Positions 36,359 through 50,407 of a stretch of 64,000 nucleotides of DNA are shown here, piece by piece. Each line of letters opens with the position of its first letter. Within the stretch, counting starts at the first letter, position 1. Origin of the DNA: Balanoglossus misakiensis (taxonomy: Eukaryota; Animalia; Hemichordata); NCBI GenBank assembly GCA_040954595.2, contig CM082581.2:5820699-5884698 (forward strand). The letters are read 5' to 3'. The notes beneath the pieces were generated by a model. That model saw only the letters and a list, made by a program, of their open reading frames with translations. It was not told where the DNA came from and made no database searches. The translations under genes and the position numbers were made by a program.

Positions 36359-39300
36359 CATTTTGTTCCTAAATAAACTGTGGTACCGCACGAAACCATG
36401 TCTTGAGTGGCTACATGCTGGTACGCCGTTCAGGTATTTACGCTACCATGACAACCGCTAAAGCGTTTTAATGACAGGGAGCGTGTTGACCCAGATTGCC
36501 TGCGGCTAAGATCTCATAAACTTTACAAATAGTCTCGTTTAGGCAGCGTGTCATGGTGTCACCCGTCTTTGAGCGCCGAATTCTGAACAAAAACACCCAT
36601 GCTTGAAGTGACTTTGTGACCTTTTTAATTCCGTTAATATGCAAACACTTCTACACGTCCAATTCAAGGATGAAGGCAGAATTGACTCGTTAAGTCCAGC
36701 CTTTCACTAACGGGTTGGTGTCGCAGAGACCGCCAAGTAAAATAAAGTGCATATTCTACGTTTGGTTAATTCTTGTTTGTGAGATCCAGCAAACCGTGAG
36801 CTGGCAAATCATTTGCTGTGATCAGGAATGCCGTTGTTCAGACCACGGCACCTGCATCCCGTGTTGTGTAGAAGTTTACCGTCGTACCCACAACACAAAC
36901 CGTACATGGTGCTGGCGAAAGGGTCAACCAGCGTACTACCAGTCTTCCAATTTTTAAACAGCATTCCGAGTGTCCTACCGTGTAATATGCCCTCAAACGG
37001 CGATGGTCACTTCTAGGGGCAAATAAAACTTACTTTTTCAAGTTACAAAATCGCCCAAAAGAAAAGAAAGGGGGTTTCTATGAATGACATGCCAAGATGA
37101 CCTTGAGACATGGTCGACGTCGACGCGATGGATGAAAAGGCAAATGTGAAAGCATTTTGAAACTGTGATAAAGTTGGTGGTGAAAAGAGTTGGGGGTATT
37201 TTTTGGAAAAGTTTGTCGCAACCATGCATGTACTGTTTACATATGTGTTCGCCTGTACATCGATTTTATGCTATCAAGTTTATTTATGGAGCCCCATTTT
37301 AACAGCGTAAAACGGGTCAAATAGTACACTATCGTTATGTTGCGGGTATACACTTTCAACGATGAGTGATTTCATATATTGAAACTCGGTCCGCATGTGT
37401 ATGTGTGTGGTGGGAGGAGGGGAGGGGGGGGGGGCAAACATCAAAATTCGAAGCGTAGTAGAGAAGTACTGCAGGTTTTCAATATTTTAGATATAGCGCG
37501 CTATTTTTGTCTGAGACATCCGAGTGACGGTTTATGAACGCTTGACAGGTGACGTTTCCTTCCTTTGACAATTTTGTCGTCCAGGTTGCCTCTTCAAAAT
37601 CATATCAAAAGAGCGGACCTTCTTTTTGCCTACATGTTCTGAGCTGAATTGTCCAAATTTGACAACCTCGAGAATTTTGTGTTTATTTTGATAATCATTA
37701 TGATGTACGTCAGCAGCGCTTGGTCGGAGGGGCTCGAGTTTATAGATAAATCATCAGACGTGTAAAGATACAGTAAAAAGAAATTTTTGCCACCACTTTC
37801 CGGTCGTCGCCATAGTTTTTTTTTGGCCAACTCCGTTAATTGCAAACGTCGACATGTTTAATACGGCAATTTCCTTTTTGAAGCATATTTTGAAAGAGAC
37901 ACACGATCTTTTGTTTGTAGCTCGTTAACCTGTCCTTGGTTTAATATGACGAAGATGTTTTGAAGATGCCATTTTTATGTCCGTCGGGCTCAATGTTCTT
38001 CCCCAGTTGGTCGGTTTTCATCGATTTTACAATCATTTCGTCGCTACTTTCAAAGATGAATGGCGTTAATTGCCCGAGCGCGCCCAACCTTGCAGGAGTA
38101 AAACACGCGACAATAGTCACCGTTATTCGGGGGCCATCACCTCTACCGCACCGTCCACTCCTACCAGTCAATCGTTACCCGGGCGACATTTACAGGCCGT
38201 TAAGTTGACATTTTATCACCGCGTTTTAATAACTCTAAAATCGCTTTTTCAGGCATAAACACACAATAAACGTCGCGCGCTGCTAGCGATCCTCGTAAAT
38301 CCTCGCCGGCGACACAACAGTTTCAAATAATAAACTTCTTGGCAAAGCGATGCAAGCCGAGTCGCGTTGTGTTGCTGATGCAAGTTTGTCACATGTTTTT
38401 GTTCACTTGTGCGTAGTAATGACAGCCTTGTACACATCTGTCTTCTTGTTTCTGTTTTTGTATCCCGGCTAGAGAAGACCTCTTTTATGAATGATTACCG
38501 ACCAATTTATCCGGGTCCTTCAACTCCCAATTTTTCATAATGACACTTATTTATCGACCACCGCATAGCACTGTTATACGGACTTTCTGTTCAAAAGAGC
38601 GAGAGAGAGAGACAGAGAGACAGAGAGACCAAGCCGAGAAGCACCCATCTACAACGTCAACACCAAACAGAACAAACCGAGGGTAGAAATAATTAAAACT
38701 CGTTTCCAAGCTTGTTATACAACTTTTGCTGAGTGATGGCGGTCACTTTGGTGCCATACTCAACAATACTGTTAATTTTTTCGCACACCCAACATTAAAG
38801 CTTTGGTCGCACTTTGTACATGCTCACCATAGGTAAGTCTTCCAATTTATGAAACTAAGTCTGGAATCATCCATACCAAACTTTCAAAATGACCGCCAAA
38901 GCATAGGTAAACTCGACAAGTGAATTTTAAATTGTGCTCCAAGTCGGGACGATGGCTGTCGGTTTAGTTTTGAGGCGACTCTTCTGACAACGCAAGCTTG
39001 AAAATGACAAGAACTGAAATTTTACTGGTATTCATTTTTTATTCCTCAAGATTCTGTATCCGGAGTGGATCGTGCGGTCAAAGACAGTGTGTGAGTAAGC
39101 TGACAGGTTGTAAATTGCACATTGACAGGTTTAAGTCATCGACTGCGATTCTCTGATGTGATGAATGAAAAAAAAAGTTCAAAAACTGCCAGGAAAACTG
39201 CCACCAAGATTCACGTCGATCTGGCGGGTAATGGCCTGATCGAGTCTCCTGCCACGTTTGCCAGTAGGAACTTGACAAGTAGCTGTTGTAAATGCAATGT

Positions 39301-42300
39301 ATCTTGATGTTTTATTTTTTTTCCGTTTACGGGGAAATTTCACACGCTCCGCCGCAAAAGTTCTCCTCAAAAGATGATGTCGGTTTGGTTCCTTTAAACA
39401 CCGTATAGAGTTTCGTCTTAAACATCATAAAATGCCTCCTCCTCTTTCATTACTTTTCGGCATCGTAACCTACAAGGTTTTTTTTCTTTTATAAAAAAAA
39501 AGAGACAAAATAATAGCGGTGAGAGAATCCTTGAACACGTTCCGGACCTGTTTCCTTTTACTATGTATATGAACTGATATTGGTGAAAGGGGAGCTTGTT
39601 GAGACACGCACACACACAGGCAATAAGACGGAGTCACCCATGTGTGACAGAAAGCACCGTTATTCCGCACTTGTGCAACGCCAGGCTGCCAACCATTGTA
39701 GTGACGGCCAACTGCGGGAAAGCTCTCCAACTTGACGACTTTGTCTGGCATTGTTACGGCCAGAATCATCAAAAGATATTTTTTTTTCACCTCGGTCGCC
39801 GACTTGGCGTCGCCTTATTATTGCTTTTGACGGGGTGCGCGTGCTCGCAGTGGGTCAAGGGTCAAGTTGTACGTGCTTGACTTTAAACCTTTCTTCGAAC
39901 AAATATTTGCTTTCTTTGGAAGAAAAAAAATATAAAGGACCTGCGTGCGCGTACACTACGAAAGCAGCAAACTCTCATTTCTCCTCTCATTCGGAGATTG
40001 GCCATTCTCCGTTCGGAAATCGACGCCAATTCAGCCAAATCTCAAAACTTGGAAGCCTTCATTGCATATCTCGAATACTTCGCGCTACTTGGGCGCTATC
40101 GGTCTCCAAGAACGCGCTGACTGACGGCTAGTATGGTCCCACTTTCAAATTTATCGGCTAATTATTGACAATCATAGACGCATAAAGCGATTACGTCGAT
40201 CAATTCGGGAGTTTTATTTTCTGATATCCGCAGTTTGCAGATAATGTCAACGCCTGTTTGGTTTCAAAAGAGAAAACTACAATCGGAAGCAAAACAGGCG
40301 AGGCTTGGGCCAACAACTGTACCAAGGGAGTGGTCAGTATGAAATCGAGAGGGGGGGGGGGTGAGGACTTTGTATATTTGTGGACATACCCTGGGCTTGA
40401 TTCGGCAAGTTTTAATGCTAATGTTACTACATGTAATGTTCATTTTCAACCCGCTCATTGGAATAATAAATGTCACCCATCGTATGAGATCCTTTCTCCA
40501 AGCGCTTAAAATGTTTGATTAATATTTGATGAACTTCACCAGAAACCAGGTACATGGCATGTACATGTGTATATACTAACTTGCAAGGGATGACAGTCCG
40601 TACCATTTAACATAGAGGTAAGTCCACCGTACAGTTGAACGACAAGACGACAGCCTGCACCACTCTGCACAGGGGTAATTCCCCGGTACCGGTAAACGGC
40701 AAAAACACATCTCCGTCTGCTTATAGCATCGAAAATATGGCTTATTGGCCGGGGCAGTCAGTCAGCAACTTCACGCTGTCTAGTACTCGAGGGAAACACG
40801 GCGTGCCCGTAGTACCACGGTCAGCTATCTCTCAAGTGTCATGCGGCTTTCAACGGCGGTGTTTTAATGTTCCTGCGTGCGCGTTAATGAATCATTTAAG
40901 ATGTTTTGTTGAGACCATTTGTCGCCCACCACCGCGGCCTCTGATAACATGGTGGCGGATTCCGATCTACTCTGCCGTGTCCACTGTTTATTAGTGTTTA
41001 GTTTAATCAATGGCCACTTTCCCTGATTTGTGAAGCTAATAAATTACTTTTGTTTGACTAAATGCGGCATACGCGGCATTCGATTCCGACAGCCTAATGT
41101 CACCCATTTATGAGGTGAATCAAAACAAAAGGCTGCTGACTTACCGCCAGAAGCCCCACCCCAGCAAATGACGTTAAAATATGCAAATTGCCATAATATG
41201 CAATGGGAATAAAAAACACAGGTATGTCTGCAGCAAATAAAACAGATGTATCACAATTTCAAATATCATATGTCATAATTGCATTACACAATTGTAAACT
41301 TCACTGAAACGATTTTGATAATTTTTGTTTGTTTGTCAAAATTGTGCCACTCTGCGATAGAATTTCACCGATTTGACTAGAACAGCCGATTCCGATAAGT
41401 TAAACACGTACTACATACTGGGATTCAAACAGGCATTACAAAACGCGGGAAAACATGACTAAATGCGACTTGAAGGTTGATTCGCAACCCCTGACCTTGT
41501 CGCCTTCACTTTACACCGTGATGGGTCAAAGATCGCCCCGGGGATCAAAATACTAACAAATTATTTCTAAATAAATGCAGTTTCTGTGGAGCTTTGCGGG
41601 GATTTTGCGAGATGGGAACGGGCACAGCTGACATTCCTCAATTCGCAGTGTTTAGAGTGTTGCACAGTTTTATGTGGTCCATCTCATGATATATGGTGGT
41701 GAAATTCTCGGATTGCATGTTGCTGACGGATGCTGTTACGGACGTAAATCAACAGAATCTAATATTTTTTTTCTCCCCATTTCAGTTTACACATTAGCTT
41801 CCACGAGGAACTGACCATACAGTTTGTCTGTGACACGTCCTGACGGTATCAGCATTTCTGGAAACTTTGAAGATATGTTTCGCACGGGGAATATGACCGA
41901 ACAGCGTTTTAAATCTTTGATTGGAAACATCTTCAAAAGCGCCCGGGAGAGTTTTTAGGCCACCTCGGCGTTTTAAAGACAGAAACTTAATATTTATGAC
42001 AATTGTTACTCCTTTCTGATAGGTGGAGTTCGATCAACAATATAAAATGACTGAATTGTATGCGTTTCTATGGAAACCTGTGAAAGTGTCCTTACGATTG
42101 CACGACGGGTAATAAGTATACAGAAGTTGCTTAAATGTGTGTACTTATTTTCTCCAAGTCATAGAAAATGACCTTAATCTTACTGGTATTATTGCGGGAA
42201 AAACATGGTCGTCATTTAACACCTACCAATTTCTAGATTTCACCCAATACAATGGTAATATTTCAGCCTGACCGATCATTTTCCCTTTCCAGTCGCAACC

Positions 42301-42985
42301 ATTACAGAAAGGTTACAATCGATTGATGGAAATATTACTTTTTTTCTGCCTCCAAGGCACTTTAAAACAACTTATAACAACTGATCGTCTGAAACTGCAG
42401 GAATTTATTACAGGATTTTTTTTATCTTCATGCACAAAGGAGGTGGTCTAAATTAATCGCTAATTATCGCCAACAATGGTTGTTTTTTCTCACCCGGCGG
42501 TGATTGACCCCGAGTATCGCATCCCAGACAAAACCATTTAGAGACATTTACTAAACATACCGCGTTCTGATAAAAATAGATCAAATTGAAATGACTCATT
42601 GTGAACTAGTCTGAACTATCCACACTTTCTCAACCAAAGCCGGGTGGTTTTAATTAGAGGTGGTGATAATTGCTGAGTATTAGAATTGAACGCTATGATT
42701 TACTAACAAAACAATAAAGTACAATGAGCAATGATAATCGTACTTTGACAAAGCTGTTATCACAATGGCCGCCATGGTTACCCGATAGACGGTATTCTTG
42801 TTCTAACTCGTTTGTTCAATTAAAGAAGTCTACGAGTTATGCAAATTAGAAGAACTTTGTTAATTAACTCTTACACCGGCGTGTCATTGGCACACGATTC
42901 CGATGTACTCTTCCAGAGCCTAAATATAGGCGGTTGTAATTAAATTACATGTATATAAATATTGTTTTCTTCTTTAAACATTGCC

Positions 42986-43190
42986 ATGTATGTATGTATG
43001 TATGTATGTATGTATGTATGTATGTATGTATGTATGTATGTATGTATGTATGTATGTATGTATGTATGTATGTATGTATGTATGTATGTATGTATGTATG
43101 TATGTATGTATGTATGTATGTATGTATGTATGTATGTATGTATGTATGTATGTATGTATGTATGTATGTATGTATGTATGTATGTGTGTA

Positions 43191-43221
<31 letters not shown>

Positions 43222-43458
43222 ATGTATGTATGTATGTATGTATGTATGTATGTATGTATGTATGTATGTATGTATGTATGTATGTATGTATGTGTGTGTG
43301 TATGTATGTATGTATGTATGTATGTATGTATGTATGTATGTATGTATGTATGTATGTATGTATGTATGTATGTATGTATGTATGTATGTATGTATGTATG
43401 TATGTATGTATGTATGTATGTATGTATGTATGTATGTATGTATGTATGTATGTATGTA
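42986..43458. repeat. (ATGT)n microsatellite, ~470 bp, with two short (GT)n interruptions
   Basis: Direct observation. Confidence 0.98.
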
Positions 43459-44962
43459 CGGATTTGTTAGACAACACGACTTTTGTGGGCTGTCGTGCGG
43501 AACGTGAATAGTGAGAAACACGGCCAGGCGCAAACGCGTGTCAATTCTCAATCCAGATGTATCGCTCATCGCATCGATAAAAATTCGTGTCACGGAACGT
43601 AGGAAAATATTTCTTTTTGCCGATCTCTGTACGTGCAGAACGACACCGTCGGACCCAGTTCCGATGAACCAAGTGTTGGTCTGCATCATTGAGTGATTTG
43701 CGTCTGGGACAAAAGTGATAAAATACAGTTGAGATCTCTGAAAAACGATACGGCTTGTTTCAGGTCTGCGCACCAATTAAAAAGGCATAATCGTTACTTC
43801 TGGAGCTGCCAGCCTTGACAAAATAAACACATCAAAGTAAGAAAGCTCGCAGCTCCGTGGCAGCGATGCGGGTTGACAGGATAGTGCGCAGTCGCGGAGC
43901 AATAACTCTCCCACGTGACTGGTAACCCAAGAACGATTGGCCCTGCGGTAGTTTTTCTATTTTCATGATAATTAATCTCTGTTTCGAAACCTCAAATGTT
44001 GCCCATCCACTGATATCCACCACACATGTAGTTGAAAATTGCCCCGGCTTCATAAATTCGTCAAGACCACACAACACCACATCCGTGTTGTTTACAACAT
44101 GTAAGCCCATGTGCGTGTGCTCAGATCCTTTGGATGTAAGGCACACGTCGACTCTCCGCACTCTCCGTGGAAATTATGTCAACAAAGAGGGGAAAAAGAA
44201 ACAAACTTTGCAACAAAATGGCTGAATGAATTGCCCATAAAATTGTTGAAACAGATGGTTAAGGTTGTTACGGTACCAAGAGTTGATGAAATATAGTGCG
44301 CATGGAACCTCTTGAAAAACATTACACGCAACTCTCCGTGTCCCCGGTCATTACAGCGAATTAGACGGCACGCCGCGACTTCTGACCTCGAAACCTCACC
44401 TCCGAGTATAAACAAAAACATACACAATCGTGAAATTGCTGGAACCCGTGACGTAATTCACAAGATAGCACGCACTTACCACAAAACCACCCTTTGGTGA
44501 AAGGAGCAAGGTTACACGCGTTTAATATGTGAGATGTCCCGGTACTCGGAGGAATTAATTGCATGCCGAGTACATCTCCTAAACATTGCCCCAACTGGTA
44601 TATCATTTCCAATATCAGATTTATCGCAGAATAATAAGTGATAGGCTTCAATTAGAAGGGGTGGACGGAAAACAGATAACCACGCATTGGCAAGAGTATC
44701 AAATCAGCCGAAGAAATGTACAGTTCGTCGTTCGTCGGTAACCTTGGGTTACTGTCTGCTATTATTATGCCATTATTTCAATAGCAGGCAATATACAACT
44801 TGGACCGTAACATATTTAGATTATCCGTGTTGCGGCAATTACAAGCCTGGCGACAAAACAAAGTACACGTCGTTAGCTGGTTACTGGTAGTAAGAAGAAA
44901 TAAACCCAGCCTGCTTCTGTTGCTACAGTTGTTGTCGACTATTGTTCCCTGCTTGATCCTAC

Positions 44963-44988
44963 CATAGACCCTTCCTCTAGGGTCTATG
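44963..44988. mobile_element. 26-bp TIR remnant with 7-bp TSD (P-element-like footprint)
   Basis: ATCCTAC|CATAGACCCT-TCCTCT-AGGGTCTATG|ATCCTAC. Confidence 0.6.
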
Positions 44989-45274
44989 ATCCTACACGGG
45001 GTCACCCAATTCCGGCGTTTATTCGCGGATGGCGCTGGGTCCCAGGAGACTGGGCTTGTTTAGCACGAACAGTCACCGTTGGAAATTAGGATTAAACCGA
45101 TCCGTTCTGAATAACTAAATTTGTGTCAAGGCTGATTTTCTTTGTTTGGATACACACGAGAAAAAAATCAACCTGTCATTGTTATCCAGTATTTTGACTA
45201 CAATTTAAAAAATGCTCTGTTGCGTTATTTTAGCCGGGAAAGCATCTCTACAACAGCTAACCAAACTATAAAGA

Positions 45275-45505
45275 AATGAATGAATGAATGAATGAATGAA
45301 TGAATGAATGAATGAATGAATGAATGAATGAATGAATGAATGAATGAATGAATGAATGAATGAACGAACGAACGAACGAATGAATGAATGAATGATTGAA
45401 TGAAGGAAGGAAGGAAGGAAAGAAAGAAAGAAGAAAGGAGAATTAAACAGAAAGGCAAATGTGAAAATGTATGTATGTATGTATGTATGTACAGACGGAC
45501 GGACG
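45275..45505. repeat. Compound microsatellite (GAAT)n/(GAAC)n/(GAAG)n/(TATG)n
   Basis: Direct observation. Confidence 0.95.
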
Positions 45506-48500
45506 GGTGATTGGGCGGGTATTTGGGTACGTGTGTGGGGTCAGTTGATGGATGGAAAGTCGGATGGATCGATCGGCGGATCAACCGATCGATCGATTCA
45601 TTTGATCATGTGTGGTCGGAACCGACTGATGATCCGAGAGATTGATTGATCGATTGATTAATTGATGGGAGATATCTCTAGATTGGTTTGCAGGTAGCTA
45701 GGTTTTTATGTGGATGTGTTAATATGTACTTATGCAATGAGGGGTTGTCGGAATAAACGGGTGCGGCAACTGTTTATTATTTAAATTATTCATTTTTCAT
45801 TGTACAGTCACACTAAGAGATTGATTATATTTTTTGTGTATAACCATCGGTTTAGCTCATTTAAATAATGCACAAAATGGCGGGCTACGGTGCGTGTTGT
45901 GAAGACTCTTGTTCTTTCCGCTTGTTTACAGGCATTTCCACATTTTCAAAGCTCGTCTTGCTCGGCATGTTTGTGCACAATAATGTCGTTGTGTTCGAGA
46001 ATGCGTCGGTCCTGAAGGACGCTGGCACGGAAGCTGACGTCAAGACAGTTTGAAGTGACAATACATCACCACGCGAGATTTCGTCACGAATGGTTGATTT
46101 TTCGAGTTTTTTTTTCTACATGATTGCGTGTCTGTGTTGTTCAGATATGGCGGCCTTCGGGCCAAAATACATTTGCAGATATTACTACACAAATCATACT
46201 GAAGTTGACGTGAAATGGATCGTGGGTCACTAGCCCAATTAAAAGTTTAGCTATAAGCTGTAACTCTGGGCTTTACCCCGCTTGTTAATATAGCCTGTAT
46301 GTGTGTAACGGTCATTCAACGGTTATTGTTGAAAACTTATCTAGTCCGGACTTGAAATACAATTCCGCGCAATAAGAATGCTGACTATAAACATAAATGT
46401 AGTGTTGATAAGCTGAATTCTGGGTATTTCACCATGATTCAGGGATTTTAACAAGAGACTGCAGAAGATATGAAGAAAACAAAAATACTGAAAGCATAGC
46501 GAAAAGTTACAGCTAAGTTAAATAATTGAAGTCCAAACTATGATCGGCCGCACAACTTGTAATCTTACCTAGACAAATTCACCCTGTAACGACAGGAAAT
46601 GTTCAATATGTGTGTAACAAAATAGGTTGTGGGGGTTTTAAAATACGGCACAGGATTATGTCTGTATTCCGACGCTCCGTTCGCATCCACCAACATCTGT
46701 GTTCACAGGAATCCAATAATGCATTTCATTCAAAATGTCGCCGACACGTGCGCGTCTTGCGCGATATTTTTTTGGATCATATCACGCGGTTCTAGATCAG
46801 ATCACGGAGTTTGTCTCACAGTCGGAGAAATGCTATTATTTGCTTATCGCCAGTGTGACAAAACTGAAAGGACACTCTTACCGTGCGCAGTTGCTATTGC
46901 TGGCGTTCTAGTCCATATCATTTCAACAGGGCCTCATTTTCTTTATTCGAGCTAAGTAAAGCCTTTGAATCCCTTAATTGTCGCTGTTATTTTGATAGTG
47001 TTTCTCCTATATCTACCCCTTCACAGCAATTTATGTCGCATTATGGCTCTGAACGCTTTCAATTATAGCTTTATAAAAACGCGATACGTTATCGGGCTGG
47101 GATAGAATAGGCGAATTTGAAGTCAACACAGGCAAGGCGAGCAGTCAGCCAAGCACGATTAACGTGGCCAGGCATGCGTGCAAGCGGGCGCATATATAGT
47201 TACCTGTATGCCGTTAAAAAAAACTCCATGAAAACTTTGCAGTCAAAAACCTGAAGAGAATTGGCATTATTTGATTATATATACACATCTCATCGTTGTT
47301 TTATGTTGTCTCTAAAACTAAAGGGAGTGGTGGAAAGGCACGTACAGTAGGCGGACAGACAGGACAACAAATAGTACCTGGGCGCTCTGATATGAAAAGA
47401 TGGGCAACCTCAGACGCGTGGCGGATTACGAACAGAAGACACAATTTGTTGTAATGCGGCTTGCGCAGAAACGCTAATATACAATTGAGAGTGACGTGGT
47501 GGTTTTAAAAGTAAATAAAATTGTTTCGTTACAGTTTGGATTCATTCTGCATATAGAGGGAACCTTCACTCGCTGTGCCGCCCCGGGAACGGTCACGGTA
47601 CCAACAGGGCCTCTCTTGCCGTCGCACAGGTTGCTGGATACACCGTACGTGGCACGTGGCTTTAAAGCCTCTAGGGCCGCCAATTTTTGCATTATTTTCA
47701 TGATTTTAGTTTCCAATTTAGATTGGTCCGTCAACATAAGCATTCTGATAAGTACACATGAACAACTCATTGACGCCCGATTGTGGCTGTATGTTGCAAT
47801 TTGAACAGATTTGAACCGGTGCCGCACCCGTTTAATCGGCCTCCATAAAAACTGTACAAAACTATCGCGGTATGCTTCGCCAAAAGATGACAAAACAATG
47901 CAAATACGAGTAATATGGCGTAATGGTGAGGATTTTAAATGACAGGGAATAGATTGAAAGTATTTTATTGTTGAAAAAAAATATGTGAAATTTGCCAGCT
48001 CTAGAGGCTTTAATGGGGCGCATACCATCCCAAGCGCCTCGCCCATGATGGTGGGCATAACGGGCAATGAAAGCCCATGGGAGTGGCAGTTCATTGTCGT
48101 CCCTTCAAAGCATTGTATCCCAATGTTCAGACAAATTAACTGCCGCCTTTTTGTAGAAAAACGTCCAAGCTGTTGACAATTTGATTGCTCATTATACGGC
48201 CACAACTGGCGTTGCCGCTATTGACTGTGGGTGAACTTGAAAATGCACCGGCGCAGTGGAGCATTTGACGCCCCTGTCTTATGGTCACCAGCGACACAAA
48301 GTGAAATAGTCGTGGCCGTCGATAGAGTAATATCAGCTTTACATTTTATTCACAATTGACTGCTAAACGGCTATCAAAGGAATTATCGACAGTGAAGGTT
48401 GTGCGCCCCCTGCCACAAGTTGACAAAAATGAATGCTTTATGAAGTTACTGTCTATGGTTAAATTTAAGTTTTTTTTTGTCAAAAGCAGACTGAAGGAAA

Positions 48501-48608
48501 ACATGCAGCCTCATTAGTGATAAAGAAAAAAACCGATTCTCACGCCGATTCCGAAAGCTGCGCTTGATTCGACTTATTTCGGAAAGTTTACTCGATTACC
48601 ATGGCAAC

Positions 48609-48892
48609 ATGGTAGCCCTTATTAACATTGGTAAAATCAGAAGCCAAGCGGTGAAATTTGCTTTCTCGCCATTTCTGAGAGAAAATATGATGACACACTA
48701 TACATGTACATGTATGTGTTGAACTGTGAGACAAAATATGCAAATGGGCTACCACTGGCAAAAAAAAAAAATTGTATTTGCTGACCGATTTCGCGCGAAA
48801 TGGTTCTCTCTAATTATCGGACGATGACGAGAAAACCAAGCACGTCCAATGCGTTACAAAATGGACGGGAAATTCTAGATAAGGGCTACCAT
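48609..48892. mobile_element. Possible decayed MITE (14-bp inverted repeats)
   Basis: ATGGTAGCCCTTAT ... ATAAGGGCTACCAT, 284 bp span. No convincing TSD. Confidence 0.3.
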
Positions 48893-50297
48893 ACTATTTG
48901 GATCATCCCTTCATGACTCGCCGGCCCGCAGTGGCGTGTTGGCATCGCCCAAGGTGTATACCTCACAGTTAAAACCAGCGAGAAACCTGAGCGATAAAAG
49001 CGAACAGGACCACTTAAAAAACACCGGCTAAATGCGCGTATAGATTTTTTAACGATTGCAGCGCCGCTCCACGCTTCTCGATTAGATTAACGTCAGTTCC
49101 ATGAATCGGGGCGTACTGGTCGCTTTAGGGGCCTAAAGCACTGGGAAATGGCTCCGCTCATTCGATAATTAACCGAGTCAATTTAGTGAATTATAAAAAC
49201 AAGCAGCACAATTCATGCTAAAGCGAATTTTATATGGATTTAATTGGGTACATTTAATCACCAAATTTACTGGTAAATCAAATCAGCCAGTACACGATCA
49301 TAAAGACTGCATAAGCAATGTAATTTGATTTGTATCTTTGATTTTGCAGTGTCGCCATCGCAGTCGCCACTTTCGTACGTTTCATGTGAAGGACAAAGGA
49401 GCAAAAATTTAATTTCCTCGCGGTGGGTTGATTACTGCTCTTTTTGTGTTGCGAGTAAATCATTTATATTTAGCAGTCAATGGACCAAAGTGGCCTCTTT
49501 TCTGTGTCAAATTGAAACGAGAGGACGAGAGGCCGGCTTCGGTAATTAAGAAGAGAGAATCGCAGAACGTGGTTTGATTTTTTTGTGCGTGTCAATTTGG
49601 CGTCTGATTCCATCAGTCGGGTCCCCGGCGTTCTGTTGCGGTGATACGGACAACAGCCATCTGTTACAATTGACTAGCCATTGTTCAGACGAGTGGTCTC
49701 GAGTAATAACTGTGCCAACTCCACTTACAAGCAATTTGACATCAATTTTGTGTATCAAGGACCCTCTTACCGTTGATAACTTAGCATTTTGGGGGCACAT
49801 TGTCACGGTGCATGATGAGTTGCGTGATCGGCCGCCAGAGCGCCGTTCCCCGGGAACGGTATCATCTCCGCCACCGCTGTTTTGCTGTCAATCGTCAAAG
49901 GTCCTTCAACTCTCCGTGTCCAACTGCATAGGTATTTATTTCTCTGACACGGTTTCGGCCAATTCTGATGGTTTTTTTTTGTTGAGATTCCCGGTAAATC
50001 CCTCTATTAACTAAAAAAATCTCCCTTTTCGACGTAACTTAAGGTTTACGTGGAAATATGTATAAATCAATACATGTGTATGTCGCCGTACTTCGAGCAT
50101 GGGTGCATTCCAATGTGAGAGGTTCCTGTGATGGGTATCTACGCATGCTCGTTGATGGGCGAACTTCACTGGGTGCCACGCCTATGTGATGGTCAAAGGA
50201 ATTACCTTGCAATCGAAACTGGTTAGAAAATTTGTCGAAAGTCATGTGGGGGCCGGTGTTTGTTGCTGCGATTTTATTAACAGTTACAACAAAGGTT

Positions 50298-50407
50298 GTA
50301 CAGTACAGTACAGTACAGTACAGTACAGTACAGTACAGTACAGTACAGTACAGTACAGTACAGTACAGTACAGTACAGTGCTGTGCTGTGCTGTGCTGTG
50401 CTGTGCT
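50298..50407. repeat. Pentanucleotide microsatellite (GTACA)n grading into (GTGCT)n
   Basis: Direct observation. Confidence 0.95.

Noticed and set aside
35935-36399. ORFs of 74-154 aa with SIYL/SVCL repeats
   Set aside because: Microsatellite translation.
42940-43776. ORFs up to 278 aa with HTYI/MYVC repeats
   Set aside because: Open only because (ATGT)n has no stop codons.
47474-48205. 243-aa minus-strand ORF
   Set aside because: Non-ATG start, no recognisable domain, composition of random non-coding DNA.
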